From a virus (taxonomy: Duplodnaviria; Caudoviricetes): DNA of 63,718 nt. The notes under the pieces are model-generated. The model saw only the letters and a list, made by a program, of their open reading frames with translations, did not search any database and was not told the DNA's origin. Shown here piece by piece: positions 17,601 through 26,439 of this stretch (position 1 is its first letter; each line of letters starts with the position of its first letter). The position numbers and the translations under genes are program-made. The stretch lies in the IMG/VR virus record IMGVR_UViG_3300048855_000181, positions 1 through 63,718 of that record; one strand, 5' to 3'.

Positions 17601-17721
17601 ACGGATTGGCAGCGACGAACGCGGCGCCAAACAATGCCAGCGTAACCGGCTCTGCATGGGCAAGCGGGGTCGCCGCCAGCATGAACCATGCAGCGGTCAG
17701 TAGAACAGCAATGATTTTCAT
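14677..17721 (-). CDS. central tail tip/host specificity protein (TipJ-like)
   Basis: 1014 aa after the NlpC-like gene; YDLRKDSSVGGSGSHRWD, LEPNDVV, coiled coil and DUF1983-like segment. Confidence 0.88.
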   Translation of the reverse strand: MKIIAVLLTAAWFMLAATPLAHAEPVTLALFGAAFVAANPLLAAAISYVIGAGIAYGVSLLSQALFGVDEQTQTQGVELNVQMGDDKPMSFIAGTSATAGKRKYIGAWGKDGKTPNAFMTDVIEVGNIPAVGQPVFWVDDQKVTVLWGEPPVEQGHPVLEYRKDGKDYLWFKYYDGTQTAAEAFLLAKFSADPDRPYKSTMIGRGCPYFVATARLNQDFFPQQPVYLCEAPLSAWYDLRKDSSVGGSGSHRWDNPATWEPSDNPVVLIYNITRGVYYGDEWVYGGQNLPAFRLPASNWMAAANECDRLIPLAGGGLEKQFRCGTEVTCDMEPLSVIEKLKKACNGRVAENGGIFKMLVGAPGAAVYSFSDGDILVTKGQTYTPFPGLDATYNGIEATYPEPLEKWATKDAPARYSLDLEAQDGNRRLASGVIFEAVPFSVQVQRLMKLLIEEDRRFRIHSFYLPPDAFPLEPNDVVSWTSVRNGYVNKKFLIVRIDGERGMLQLAVLKEIDPSDYDWSTDEQVPTSAGPVGPIVNPSHPMFGWQALPATLDDGSGPRRPTIEVFYAGDQDGVDRIRIEVYQKDTGSLWFEGEIPYDAPLDEQYSSKLVGVFAPNTDYLVRGIFVSNIGKNFTWSGLIDVTTFDIRLGIDDIYPDGLTDAVKASMTAHLAWQAESSHFAQDQIEHSAALANELSAQSALNIITIRSQVGAVSAKYESQIITVATETEANAARIETVNTQIGESIAEVVSTISAVSTELESVANLVNVVSARVGNFYAEGSLRVESVASIGGASVTIGISAAASEFGVTTQAALFVSAVAGGLSEVGVLASRFYVIGAGAKIPAFVIDGGVLYADQLKVRSANIVDLVVTWADIDDAVINNLVVGTSNIGIDAVSSFDIGPTTDIQAGGSFADRAINMPVANRSLMQLAIDLTYNYATNGGSPTVTVQNLTTGAIVFQKSFGPFGSGSNNRIIDTFFFFGSNAAGSNTFRITQNPGATTGLNQTRNVTLRSLFWKR

Positions 17722-18155
17722 TATCCGACCTTGAAGGCTCTCTTCGCGTCGAGCAGATCCACTGTTCCGACGCCTTCAGGGCGCAGAACAAACACGCGCT
17801 CGCCGTTCACGACGCCGAGAGAAAATCCAAATGGGCTGTCCATCGGTATGGCAACGATATCGCCGAGGCTGGCCTGGCATGGCCCACCGGGATATTCTGG
17901 CAGGAAGGACGCGACGAGGTCTGCGAGATTGTCGAAACCCTCGCTGCGCATGACCTTCAGCGCGCCCTTAGCCGTTTTGTACCGACCCTGATATTTGACC
18001 GTAAGATCTTCACCCGTCAGCGCATAGACCAGGCGGCCAGCAAGACCGGGACCGCAGTCATGCTGTGTCGACCAATCGAACGGGACATATTTGATTTCAT
18101 CGATCGCCGCTTCGAAACGGGAGCGCCAATTATCGCAACGTTTGAGCTCAATCAC
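17721..18155 (-). CDS. tail-associated NlpC/P60-like protein (DUF6950-like)
   Basis: PFDW..HDC and GDI motifs; GTG start coupled to the upstream gene. Confidence 0.75.
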   Translation of the reverse strand: MIELKRCDNWRSRFEAAIDEIKYVPFDWSTQHDCGPGLAGRLVYALTGEDLTVKYQGRYKTAKGALKVMRSEGFDNLADLVASFLPEYPGGPCQASLGDIVAIPMDSPFGFSLGVVNGERVFVLRPEGVGTVDLLDAKRAFKVG

Positions 18156-18774
18156 GCTTCTGCCCCCACGGTACTTTCCAAGAGCTGATAGTGCTCGAAT
18201 AGAGCCCCCATTCGTCTCCACCCCGCCGCTTCTGCCCTTCGTAGGAGCTCTTGCGGGGATTGGTGCGCGTGAGCATGCTGATCGCGTCAGAGACGAGCTC
18301 AAGCTGGATAGAGCCATCTTCTCCGACTGCCGGCGTATTGATGGGATTGCCGTTGACCTCGCCCATGAACACGATCTCAGGCGTTCCCGACACAAGCCGG
18401 GTACTGAGATCAAGGGTGACTTCGTAGATATCCGCTTTGGCAAGACGAAGATCATACTCCCGCGCGATCTCTTGCACAGCCGTAGCGATCTGCGTCAGAT
18501 CGATCGTCACAGTCTGAATCGTGAGGTCAGACACTCGTGGGATCGAAGTTATCGAGAGGTTCATGCCGCCGAGGAAGTCCCGATTGACGACAACGCCGGT
18601 ATCGCGATCAGGAACGCCTATGGTGATGTCGGCGTCACCGGTCCAGAAACCACGAAGGAGGGGCAATCCTGTTGATCGCGATATGGCCGCGATCAAAACG
18701 AACTGCCGAGTGATCAAACCCTGATCGCGCGCAACCGCTAGAGCAGCGGCCATGCCTGCACTGATATTTTTCAT
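18148..18774 (-). CDS. minor tail/baseplate hub protein
   Basis: Position between Dit and NlpC; S...Q.RR.GD...W. C-terminus. Confidence 0.75.
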   Translation of the reverse strand: MKNISAGMAAALAVARDQGLITRQFVLIAAISRSTGLPLLRGFWTGDADITIGVPDRDTGVVVNRDFLGGMNLSITSIPRVSDLTIQTVTIDLTQIATAVQEIAREYDLRLAKADIYEVTLDLSTRLVSGTPEIVFMGEVNGNPINTPAVGEDGSIQLELVSDAISMLTRTNPRKSSYEGQKRRGGDEWGLYSSTISSWKVPWGQKRD

Positions 18775-18777
18775 GGC

Positions 18778-19434
18778 TTATTTCTTCTGGATTGCTTTAA
18801 AGGCACCATCAGTAGTGATGAGCGGGCTGCCAGTGCCGGGATTGTGAGAACCGGGCATGATGATCATTCTGCAGGCCGGTTTAATCAGGGTGACGACATC
18901 GTTCACGGCAACACCAACAGGCGCATTCGGAAACACTTCGAACGCACTGGTCACGCCACCACCGCTTGCAACTACCGTCTGGTCGGAAACTTCAAGGAAG
19001 GCATAGCGTACAGGAGATGTCGCGTATGCAATCTGCATCTTGTCGGCGAGCGTGAGCACATATCCCGCTGGCAAGCCATTCAGGCTGATCGTCCGGCCTC
19101 CGGCCCCGACACTGTCGATCCTGACGACCGATGCGCCAAGGAGCGAACCGTCCGGATCGGCTTGCGGATATCGAGACATCGGATCGTAGAGGAAGAAAGA
19201 TTCCTGGGCGCCGTGTAGTTTACGGATCAGCGCTGCGATCTGCTTCATGTTGTTATTGTAACCGGCCGCCAGATTGACGGTTGCCGACCACAACGGATCT
19301 GCCAATTCAGCTTGCCAGATACGGGAATCACCAGAACCGGACAATTCGTCATTTCGCTGCACATCCCAGACTAGCGAAGCAATCTTCAGCCGGTCGGCGA
19401 GGAAGGAAACTGAGTATGGATAGGTAATGGCCAT
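18778..19434 (-). CDS. distal tail (Dit-like) protein
   Basis: Directly after the tape measure; W.A.V, L.G...SF..YDP motifs. Confidence 0.75.
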   Translation of the reverse strand: MAITYPYSVSFLADRLKIASLVWDVQRNDELSGSGDSRIWQAELADPLWSATVNLAAGYNNNMKQIAALIRKLHGAQESFFLYDPMSRYPQADPDGSLLGASVVRIDSVGAGGRTISLNGLPAGYVLTLADKMQIAYATSPVRYAFLEVSDQTVVASGGGVTSAFEVFPNAPVGVAVNDVVTLIKPACRMIIMPGSHNPGTGSPLITTDGAFKAIQKK

Positions 19435-19436
19435 GC

Positions 19437-22400
19437 TCAGCCGCCTCCCCGCTTACGTGGGTTCATTTTGATCTGGTTCATGCGATCTGGCAGCACTGAA
19501 GAGCTGAAGTTGCTGACAGCCTTGCTGGAGACCTTAATTGACTGCTGTTCGGCCTGGCTGAGAACCTGCGCGACGAGATCTGGAGACAGCGAGACCTCAA
19601 GCGCAGATTTTCCACCGCCACCGGCCCGCACCTTCGACGAACCAGTATCCAGCGCCGAATGGATGTCTTTGGTCTGGTCCTGAGTAAAGACGGACTCGCC
19701 TTCCTCAAGAAGCGACAGGACTTCCTTGTGACCGATCGCACCACCGCCGGGCCCGCCACCGGTATGAAATGTTGGAAGCGAGCGGTTGTGATTGTATCCA
19801 TCCTTACCGGCATCACCACCGTCATGCAGGATGCCTGGGATGATCGAACCACCCAACAGGCCTTTGAAGCCGCCGGGTGCCGGCGGAAAGTAGTTCAATC
19901 CCGAACCAGTGCCACCACCAAGGAGACCGCCGAGCGCGGATTTGAGGCTCTTGATGATCGGTTCGAAGACGAGGATCTGGAGACTGAGGTCGAGCAGCTG
20001 CTTGCCGAAGTCCTCGAGACTAAACTTCCCATCCTTGATGCTGGTCAGCATGTCACCGAAGGCATCGCCAACACCATTGGCGAAATCAATGATCTTCTGA
20101 TTTTCAGCGGTCTTCTCCAGTTCCGCGCGGATCTGGGCAATCTCGGGCGAGATCGTCGAGAGATCACCACCCTTCGCGGCAACAATGAAATCACGGATTT
20201 TCGATTCCGCCACACCGAACGAACGCGCAGTCTCGATGACGTTCTGGTCGAGCTCCGAAAAGAACATGGAGACATTGCTGTCTTTGAGATCGCCGAGATG
20301 CTTCTGGAAATCCAGTTTCTGAATTGCCTCGAGCGCATCTTTGATCTGCACAAGTTCGGCCGGCGGCGTGCCCTCTCCCTTGGTGGACGCGATGAAGGCT
20401 TTGACCTTGTCGTCGGCGATACCGATTTTCTCGGCAGTTGAAACAACCTCCTGGTCGATATTGTCGAGATTGAAGGTCGATGCCTTGTTCTGAAGCTCGT
20501 CCAACTCCTTACGGAATTTCTCGGCGATCTTCTCGTCATCGGTCTTGCGGTGACGCGGCTGCTTGTCCAGCTTGGTATTCGACGAATCCAGCTTGTCTTC
20601 AAGTTTTTCGCCGTTCATGCGCTGCCACATCGCAATGGTCGCCGAGAGATCGCTTATGCCCTCGCCGCCTTGCTTCGGCCCCTTCAGTCGGCCACCTGGC
20701 TTCAGTCCGGCGGCAACATCCATCCCGCTAAGGAACTTGTCGCTTACGGCTCCCAGCGCAATGACACTGTTGCCAAGGGCGATGACGACACCACGAGCAG
20801 CTTCAGCCTCACGAACAATTTTTTGCATCGCAGAGACAATGCCGGAAACGTTCGGATTGGCCTTGGCGATATCATCAATCTTGTCGATAAGATCTTGCGC
20901 CGAGATCTGACCGTCTTCGAATTTGGTTATCAACTCCTCGATCTGCTGACCAACTTTCGTTGAACCGCCACCGGTAATGAAGGCACCGCCGGCAACTTCG
21001 GTGCCCACGGCTTGTGCCTGATGACGGAGATCCGCGAAGCTGGCAGTTAAATCCGTGGTGGCCGTCTTCATAGCCTCCAAACGCTGTGCAGCGGTGACGG
21101 CCTTGGTTACCAGATCAAGACCAGCCGCAGCATCCTTGATCCCGACACCCGCCTTTCCCGACTCTACACCAGCCTTCTGGATGGCCTCGGCATATCGGTT
21201 GGCGCGCTCTTCTGCGACTGCCGCCTGGTTCGACAGGATATACATCCCAGCGCCGAGGGCGAGCAGAGCGGCACCGAACGGACCACCGATAAAAGACCAT
21301 GCTGCTGCTGCAGCTTTACCGGCCGTTGAGAACGCAACAGCCCTGATCGATGCAGCCTGTAGAGCAGCGCCATGTGCCGCGGTGGCAGAGGACAAGCCCT
21401 TCGTGGCAGAGGATAGGGCCTGCGTGGCTTCTAGGTTCGCAAGGTTTGCAGCCTGGACCTCACGTCCTGTCTTGACCAGCGAGGAACCCAAAGCAGCATT
21501 TGCCTTCGCAGACTGGTAAGCCATATCAGCGGTCTTCAGTCTGGCGGCAGCGGCAACTTTATCAGCCTGTGCAGCCTGCAAAGTGGCACTCGCAGATTGC
21601 AAGGTGGCACTAGCAACCGACACCGTTTCAGTACGCAGCGCTCTCATTTCAGCAGAACGCGCGGCGATACCGCTTATAGCCCGACCGCCTAAGCTCGATG
21701 CAAACGCGCCGCCGAGCAGCAAGACTGCTTCAGCAACCGTATCAATGTTATTGGCCAAAGCATTGAGAACAGTAATGATTCCGTTCGATGCGACAGTGAC
21801 GTTCTTTGAATTTCCGACATAGTCGAGAATGGCGTTGTCGACAACGACCATTGCCTGACCAATCGTCGATGTCGTCTTGGCGAATTCGGCATCGATCGAA
21901 GCGCTGGCATCGATAATGGCCTGTGTCACCACCTTTGCGGTCAGCAAACCTTGCGTCGACATTTCGCGAAGCTTGCCGATGGTGACGCCCAAGCTCTTGG
22001 CGATACCATTGAGGAGAACCGGAGCGTTTTCCGCCACGGATTTGAATTCGTCGCCGCCGAACCGGTCGGAAGCAATACCTTGTGACAGCTGGATCGCCGC
22101 GCCCTGCGCTTCTTGGGGTGAAGCACCGCCAATCGCAAAGGACTTCTGCACCGTCTCGGTGAGGCGCAAAAGCTTCTCCTGCGAGATCCCGAGCTTGTCA
22201 GTGGCCCGGGCGGCACGGGCATAAATGGTGACTGTGGATTCGAATGACGACCGAGTCCGCTGCGCCACACCGAAGAGAGCTTCCTGCGTATCCTTGAGAT
22301 CGGCACTGCTCTTCGTGACAGTGCTGAGACTGTTGGAAAACAGATGGGCTCGATCAGCCATTTTGAGGAGGTAGGCACCAGACAGTGTCGGCACCAAACC

Positions 22401-22676
22401 ACCCATGAGCGCCGAGGTAGCCAACAGGACTCGGTTTAGCTGTGTGATCGAGTCCGTCGACCGCAAAGCGGAAACTGCAAGACCGCGAAAGCTGGCGCCG
22501 TTGATCTGGCCCAGCGAGCGGTTCATGGAGCTGACACTACGGTCGACGCCACGAACTGCCTGCTGTGACCGGGAGCCGCCTTGCTCTACCGCACTGGCAA
22601 AGCGGTTAATTCCCGCTATGCCCTGGTTGGTTTGCACCGAAAACAGGACGTTGATTGAACCAACGGTGGCGGCCAT
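19437..22676 (-). CDS. tape measure protein (1079 aa)
   Basis: Ala/Gly-rich; tape-measure N-terminal domain QLSQGIASDRFGGDEFKSVAENAP. Confidence 0.95.
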   Translation of the reverse strand: MAATVGSINVLFSVQTNQGIAGINRFASAVEQGGSRSQQAVRGVDRSVSSMNRSLGQINGASFRGLAVSALRSTDSITQLNRVLLATSALMGGLVPTLSGAYLLKMADRAHLFSNSLSTVTKSSADLKDTQEALFGVAQRTRSSFESTVTIYARAARATDKLGISQEKLLRLTETVQKSFAIGGASPQEAQGAAIQLSQGIASDRFGGDEFKSVAENAPVLLNGIAKSLGVTIGKLREMSTQGLLTAKVVTQAIIDASASIDAEFAKTTSTIGQAMVVVDNAILDYVGNSKNVTVASNGIITVLNALANNIDTVAEAVLLLGGAFASSLGGRAISGIAARSAEMRALRTETVSVASATLQSASATLQAAQADKVAAAARLKTADMAYQSAKANAALGSSLVKTGREVQAANLANLEATQALSSATKGLSSATAAHGAALQAASIRAVAFSTAGKAAAAAWSFIGGPFGAALLALGAGMYILSNQAAVAEERANRYAEAIQKAGVESGKAGVGIKDAAAGLDLVTKAVTAAQRLEAMKTATTDLTASFADLRHQAQAVGTEVAGGAFITGGGSTKVGQQIEELITKFEDGQISAQDLIDKIDDIAKANPNVSGIVSAMQKIVREAEAARGVVIALGNSVIALGAVSDKFLSGMDVAAGLKPGGRLKGPKQGGEGISDLSATIAMWQRMNGEKLEDKLDSSNTKLDKQPRHRKTDDEKIAEKFRKELDELQNKASTFNLDNIDQEVVSTAEKIGIADDKVKAFIASTKGEGTPPAELVQIKDALEAIQKLDFQKHLGDLKDSNVSMFFSELDQNVIETARSFGVAESKIRDFIVAAKGGDLSTISPEIAQIRAELEKTAENQKIIDFANGVGDAFGDMLTSIKDGKFSLEDFGKQLLDLSLQILVFEPIIKSLKSALGGLLGGGTGSGLNYFPPAPGGFKGLLGGSIIPGILHDGGDAGKDGYNHNRSLPTFHTGGGPGGGAIGHKEVLSLLEEGESVFTQDQTKDIHSALDTGSSKVRAGGGGKSALEVSLSPDLVAQVLSQAEQQSIKVSSKAVSNFSSSVLPDRMNQIKMNPRKRGGG

Positions 22677-22677
22677 A

Positions 22678-22977
22678 TTAATCTACCTGCTGAAACTTCG
22701 GTGCTGCTTTGAGCTTGTCGACAATGCTTTTCATCGTGGGCGGTTTCTGATCGCCCATGATCTTTTTAAGAGATGGTATTTTGGCAGCCTTGGCCAACTT
22801 TGCATTGAGGTATTCTAGCGAAATCAATCGCTTGAACGCTTCTGCTTCAGTTTTCGAATGAACTGTGGCGAAGGCTACAATCTCGACCGGACAGAGCGTC
22901 CAGATCTCATGGGGTCTTAGGCCTGAACGATACCCAATTTGAAGATAGCGCTGGCTAAGACTTCCTCGCTGAAAGGG
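22678..22977 (-). CDS. tail assembly chaperone C-terminal (GT) extension via programmed -1 frameshift
   Basis: Slippery C-CCT-TTC at 22971-22977 in frame; the -1 frame reads PFQRGSLSQRYLQIGYRSGLRPHEIWTLCPVEI...QVD* up to the TMP start. Confidence 0.8.
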   Translation of the reverse strand, partial: PFQRGSLSQRYLQIGYRSGLRPHEIWTLCPVEIVAFATVHSKTEAEAFKRLISLEYLNAKLAKAAKIPSLKKIMGDQKPPTMKSIVDKLKAAPKFQQVD

Positions 22978-23387
22978 ACACCGGCTTCATCAGCGGCCTC
23001 CTTCAGTTCCTTGGCCGCCTCGGTGATCTGCTTCTTGCGAGCAGTCTGCACCTCGTCAATGAGCTGCTTGTACGTCTTCTGTGTCCAAGCCATAGACAGA
23101 GCATCCATGATCGGCTCGCAGGCATCGCGAAGTGCGAACTGAATATCATCGACCTCTTTGTAGACCGGGACAGCCTTGTCGGCCGCATCACGAAGGCGGA
23201 TGCCACGAACAGAGAGATCCGTGATGATCTTCGGGCTGACTTTGGTGATGCCATTCTCAATGACACCGAAGAAATCCTCGCCGTAGGCTTCCTCGAGAGA
23301 AACCAGATCGGAGAGGTTGAACATGATGAAGGCCCCTTTCCCAGCTTTTGGGAAAGAGACTTCACCGCGGAGCTTATTCGCTACCAT
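22917..23387 (-). CDS. tail assembly chaperone (G)
   Basis: Between major tail and TMP; ANKLRGEV start. Confidence 0.85.
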   Translation of the reverse strand: MVANKLRGEVSFPKAGKGAFIMFNLSDLVSLEEAYGEDFFGVIENGITKVSPKIITDLSVRGIRLRDAADKAVPVYKEVDDIQFALRDACEPIMDALSMAWTQKTYKQLIDEVQTARKKQITEAAKELKEAADEAGVPFSEEVLASAIFKLGIVQA

Positions 23388-23395
23388 GGATCACC

Positions 23396-23833
23396 TTATG
23401 GCGTGATGGTGTACGGAGTTACGTCACCGGTCTTCTTGATTGTGACCTGCATCTCCATCGCCTCAGCGACAGGATACGACCGGCTGCAATTCATTACGAT
23501 TGCTGCGAAACCGAAGCCTTCGAGCATGCCAGGCTCTTCGAGTTTGAAATCGACGTTCTGCCCGATCTTGGCCTGCAGACCAGTGGAACGGTCGTGGGTC
23601 GGATTGTCCGGAATATAGTTTACGGTGAAAGTCACCTCACCGCCGTCGATCAGACCACCGATATACTCCCGACGCTTGCCGGGAGACTGGTGGCTGGTAA
23701 CCTCGACGAGATCAACAGAATCCTCGTCGTTTGGACCGTCTTTGATTTCGCCGATTTCACTGAAAACGGGAGTCGGCGTGGCCATGTCGCTCATCTTGAG
23801 CTTTGTGCCGTAACCAAGTTTTGCGTCGGTCAT
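23396..23833 (-). CDS. major tail tube protein
   Basis: MTDAKLGYGT..., EVTSHQSPG.RREYIGGLIDGGE; AAGGA RBS. Confidence 0.9.
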   Translation of the reverse strand: MTDAKLGYGTKLKMSDMATPTPVFSEIGEIKDGPNDEDSVDLVEVTSHQSPGKRREYIGGLIDGGEVTFTVNYIPDNPTHDRSTGLQAKIGQNVDFKLEEPGMLEGFGFAAIVMNCSRSYPVAEAMEMQVTIKKTGDVTPYTITP

Positions 23834-23850
23834 GGTATTAGTTCCTTTCA

Positions 23851-23878
23851 ACAAAAAACCCGCCACTTCGGACGGGTC
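23851..23878 (-). terminator. intrinsic terminator upstream of the major tail gene
   Basis: ACCCGTCC...GGCGGGT stem plus U6 on the minus strand. Confidence 0.65.
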
Positions 23879-23904
23879 GGGACATTCGAGATTGTGGAGT
23901 TCGC

Positions 23905-24132
23905 TCAGTCGTCGTCGGTGGCGTACCGAACTTCTTTGCAGGTGTGCGCCTTGGCCACACCCTGCTTGAATGTCGTGGCGCCGCACCGTGGGCATTCCCA
24001 CATCGGACGGCCGGCCCATGCCTTCTCAACCATCCCGCCAATCGGCCGGACTCTGCCAGCGTCAGTTGCTGGTTCGGTTGTAGAAGGCTCTGAAGTCTGT
24101 GATTTGCCGATAGATTTTCGCGCCCGAGTCAT
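23905..24132 (-). CDS. small zinc-finger protein
   Basis: WECPRCG...H.C; AGGA RBS; overlaps the tail terminator gene. Confidence 0.5.
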   Translation of the reverse strand: MTRARKSIGKSQTSEPSTTEPATDAGRVRPIGGMVEKAWAGRPMWECPRCGATTFKQGVAKAHTCKEVRYATDDD

Positions 24133-24460
24133 AATCACTGTTCCTGTTCAAGTGTTGGATCAACTGGACCTCATGCCCGTAGAGAACGCCGGTCCAGCGC
24201 TTCAATGCCATCTCAACGGCGGTTCCGAGTTCTCCCGCCTGCTGGGCTGTCTCACCACGGCAATAAACGCGCACGAGATCGTCATGGAGATTGTCAGGGC
24301 CCATGTGTGTGTAGCCCTCACCGCCGCTGACTAGCAGCAATACTATGTTCGGACGCTCTGAATCTTGTTCCGCCTCATTGAGATAGATTCCACCCCTGCG
24401 TTTGGCGGTGACGGCGGCATTATCGCCAAGGATTTTTTTGAAGACGGTGAGGATTTCCAT
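24062..24460 (-). CDS. tail terminator/completion protein (DUF3168-like)
   Basis: Position before the major tail gene; coupled start. Confidence 0.75.
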   Translation of the reverse strand: MEILTVFKKILGDNAAVTAKRRGGIYLNEAEQDSERPNIVLLLVSGGEGYTHMGPDNLHDDLVRVYCRGETAQQAGELGTAVEMALKRWTGVLYGHEVQLIQHLNRNSDYDSGAKIYRQITDFRAFYNRTSN

Positions 24461-24906
24461 CAGCGGACCCTTGAAGCCAGGCGCGCAGCCTGTGCTTCCA
24501 ATGCTTGACCATAAGCCTTTCCAAATATCTGGATGGCGAGATGGTCGTTTTCGTGGAATGCGGGCGTCAGAAAAGGAAACGGTCTGGCACCTGGATGCAT
24601 CCAATTTCGCTTCGGCTGCCAATGAGCTTCAGTGCCGAATTCTACGAGATGTGCGATCCCCACACCCTTGCCGGTGGCCGTAACAGCCCAGACAATCTGC
24701 GCGGCTGACGCCTTCAGTCGTCGGATCTGCATCGACCGGTAAAGGATACCACGATGATAGGAATCGTTCGCCTTCAGGTTGTCCTTCGATTCCTTCAGGA
24801 TAGGCGTCAAGGCGGCCTTGGATGCCTCACCGACTGGCTTGGTAGCAAGCCGCCCCAACTGACGAAGGGCCCGGGCAGCTTCTTTATAACCAGTTACCGA
24901 AGACAC
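24460..24906 (-). CDS. HK97 gp10-like neck protein
   Basis: HLVEFGT...HPGARPFPFLTPAF. Confidence 0.9.
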   Translation of the reverse strand: MSSVTGYKEAARALRQLGRLATKPVGEASKAALTPILKESKDNLKANDSYHRGILYRSMQIRRLKASAAQIVWAVTATGKGVGIAHLVEFGTEAHWQPKRNWMHPGARPFPFLTPAFHENDHLAIQIFGKAYGQALEAQAARLASRVR

Positions 24907-24908
24907 GA

Positions 24909-25295
24909 TCAGCCTTCCGGCGTTAACTCGCCGAACCGGCGTCCAAGCTGTTCTGCTTTGATCATGATGTCCTCGTGGCCATCCTCGTCGACCATAACCG
25001 CGAGGATATCAAAAACCTTGGCAGTGGGCGGTATGGGCTCGTAAACACCAGGTTCGGAATCGATGATACGCATCTTTTCCTCGACATCTACCAGCTCAAA
25101 ATAGTCACCGCGGATGGTATGGGTGACGATGCTTTCGCGTTCATCAGAACGAAAGATCTCGCGACCACGATCCGGATTGATCGATACCCAAGCCTGCGTG
25201 AACATGATCCATTGCTTGGTTTCGCCCCACTGGCCATCGGTGGTGGTGTACCGTTGGATCAGGACAAAGCAATTATTGCGCCTCGCCGGTATCAT
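24909..25295 (-). CDS. head closure/head-tail adaptor protein
   Basis: WVSI.P..GRE...TH.IR motifs. Confidence 0.85.
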   Translation of the reverse strand: MIPARRNNCFVLIQRYTTTDGQWGETKQWIMFTQAWVSINPDRGREIFRSDERESIVTHTIRGDYFELVDVEEKMRIIDSEPGVYEPIPPTAKVFDILAVMVDEDGHEDIMIKAEQLGRRFGELTPEG

Positions 25296-25882
25296 CAGTA
25301 CCCACCATTCAGCAGAGCATCGATATTCGGGATACGGTAATTACCGACGAGTTGGTCGACACCGTACTCAATCTTTTTATCGACTTGTGTCAGCCGCGGG
25401 TCCATGAAGGCCGCCTCGCGGCTTGTTGTGTAGTGGCTCGCGAGCAAGAGCGCGGCCTGACGAAGCGGAAAAGGGACATCCTCTTCAGCATTCGCACCGG
25501 CAACATACTCGATCGATACCGAGCCCGGCACCGAACAGGTGATCCCCGGGATGGCAAACGTCGGCAGCATATTGACCATGCGTGGTTTCAGATCAACATG
25601 CGGGACAGTCGTCTCAACACCATCACGCGTATATTTGATGGAAACGAAGCTGTCGAACGGCGGGCGCGGAAGCTGAATTTCAGGAAGCACACGCTGAACC
25701 GTAAGGACCAAAGTCTGCTGCATCATGCAGCGGTTCGTCACGTCCTCAATGTACTTGTCAGCAACATTGATCCAAAACTCAATTAGATCGTCCTCTTTTG
25801 AGGATAGAATGCGTTTATTCGCCTTTACGAAATCCGTCGTGATCGAGGTTTTTGTCGGACCGGTTTTTATCTGAAGATCCAT
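25295..25882 (-). CDS. head-tail connector (gp6-like)
   Basis: EDDLI...I..A..YIE..T.R; VP.PLRQAALLLASHY..RE. Confidence 0.85.
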   Translation of the reverse strand: MDLQIKTGPTKTSITTDFVKANKRILSSKEDDLIEFWINVADKYIEDVTNRCMMQQTLVLTVQRVLPEIQLPRPPFDSFVSIKYTRDGVETTVPHVDLKPRMVNMLPTFAIPGITCSVPGSVSIEYVAGANAEEDVPFPLRQAALLLASHYTTSREAAFMDPRLTQVDKKIEYGVDQLVGNYRIPNIDALLNGGY

Positions 25883-26006
25883 TGCGCTTGTCCTCGTCAA
25901 ATCGGCTGCGTGCCATACGGTCTCTGTCCCGTCCGTCTGCGGACCGATCAGAGTACCCACCCGCACTTTCGTCAGTGCGGGTGGGCTTATTGTTGTCCTT
26001 GGCCAT
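25815..26006 (-). CDS. small highly charged hypothetical protein (63 aa)
   Basis: AAGGA RBS and TAATG coupling; low complexity. Confidence 0.5.
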   Translation of the reverse strand: MAKDNNKPTRTDESAGGYSDRSADGRDRDRMARSRFDEDKRNGSSDKNRSDKNLDHDGFRKGE

Positions 26007-26377
26007 TATTCCTTCGGAGGCTTCGGTGTTTTCAGCGCGGCGAGTTCCTTTCGGAGACTGTCGAGCTCTGTCGAAGTGTCGCTCAGCGCTTTTTCAGCCG
26101 CTTCACGCTTGGTCTTTTCTTCGGCAGCTTCGGCACGAGCCTTCTCTGCAGCTTCGAGGTCAGTATCGGCCGCAGGTTTATCGACTTCGACCGCGACGTA
26201 CTTCACGCCCTCAGCCTTGGCACTGAGCTTGAACCGATTGGTTGCAATGAGCTGAGCCGCCTTGTCGGGATCGAAGCCACTGACATCACCCTTTGCAAAG
26301 GGACCGACAGAGGCCAAGCAAACCAATGGGACGAGCCCGGTGGCAGCAACCGCGTACAATTTCGTTTTATCCGCCAT
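26006..26377 (-). CDS. hypothetical head-region protein
   Basis: AAGGAG RBS; follows the capsid gene. Confidence 0.75.
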   Translation of the reverse strand: MADKTKLYAVAATGLVPLVCLASVGPFAKGDVSGFDPDKAAQLIATNRFKLSAKAEGVKYVAVEVDKPAADTDLEAAEKARAEAAEEKTKREAAEKALSDTSTELDSLRKELAALKTPKPPKE

Positions 26378-26439
26378 GGTAATTCTCCTTGTGGTTGGCG
26401 AAAAGAAGACAGGGCACGAATGCCCTGTTAATTCTGCTA

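Noticed and set aside
13243-17721. Diversity-generating retroelement or invertible tail-fibre system
   Set aside because: No reverse transcriptase or invertase, and no nucleotide-level template/variable repeat pair seen.
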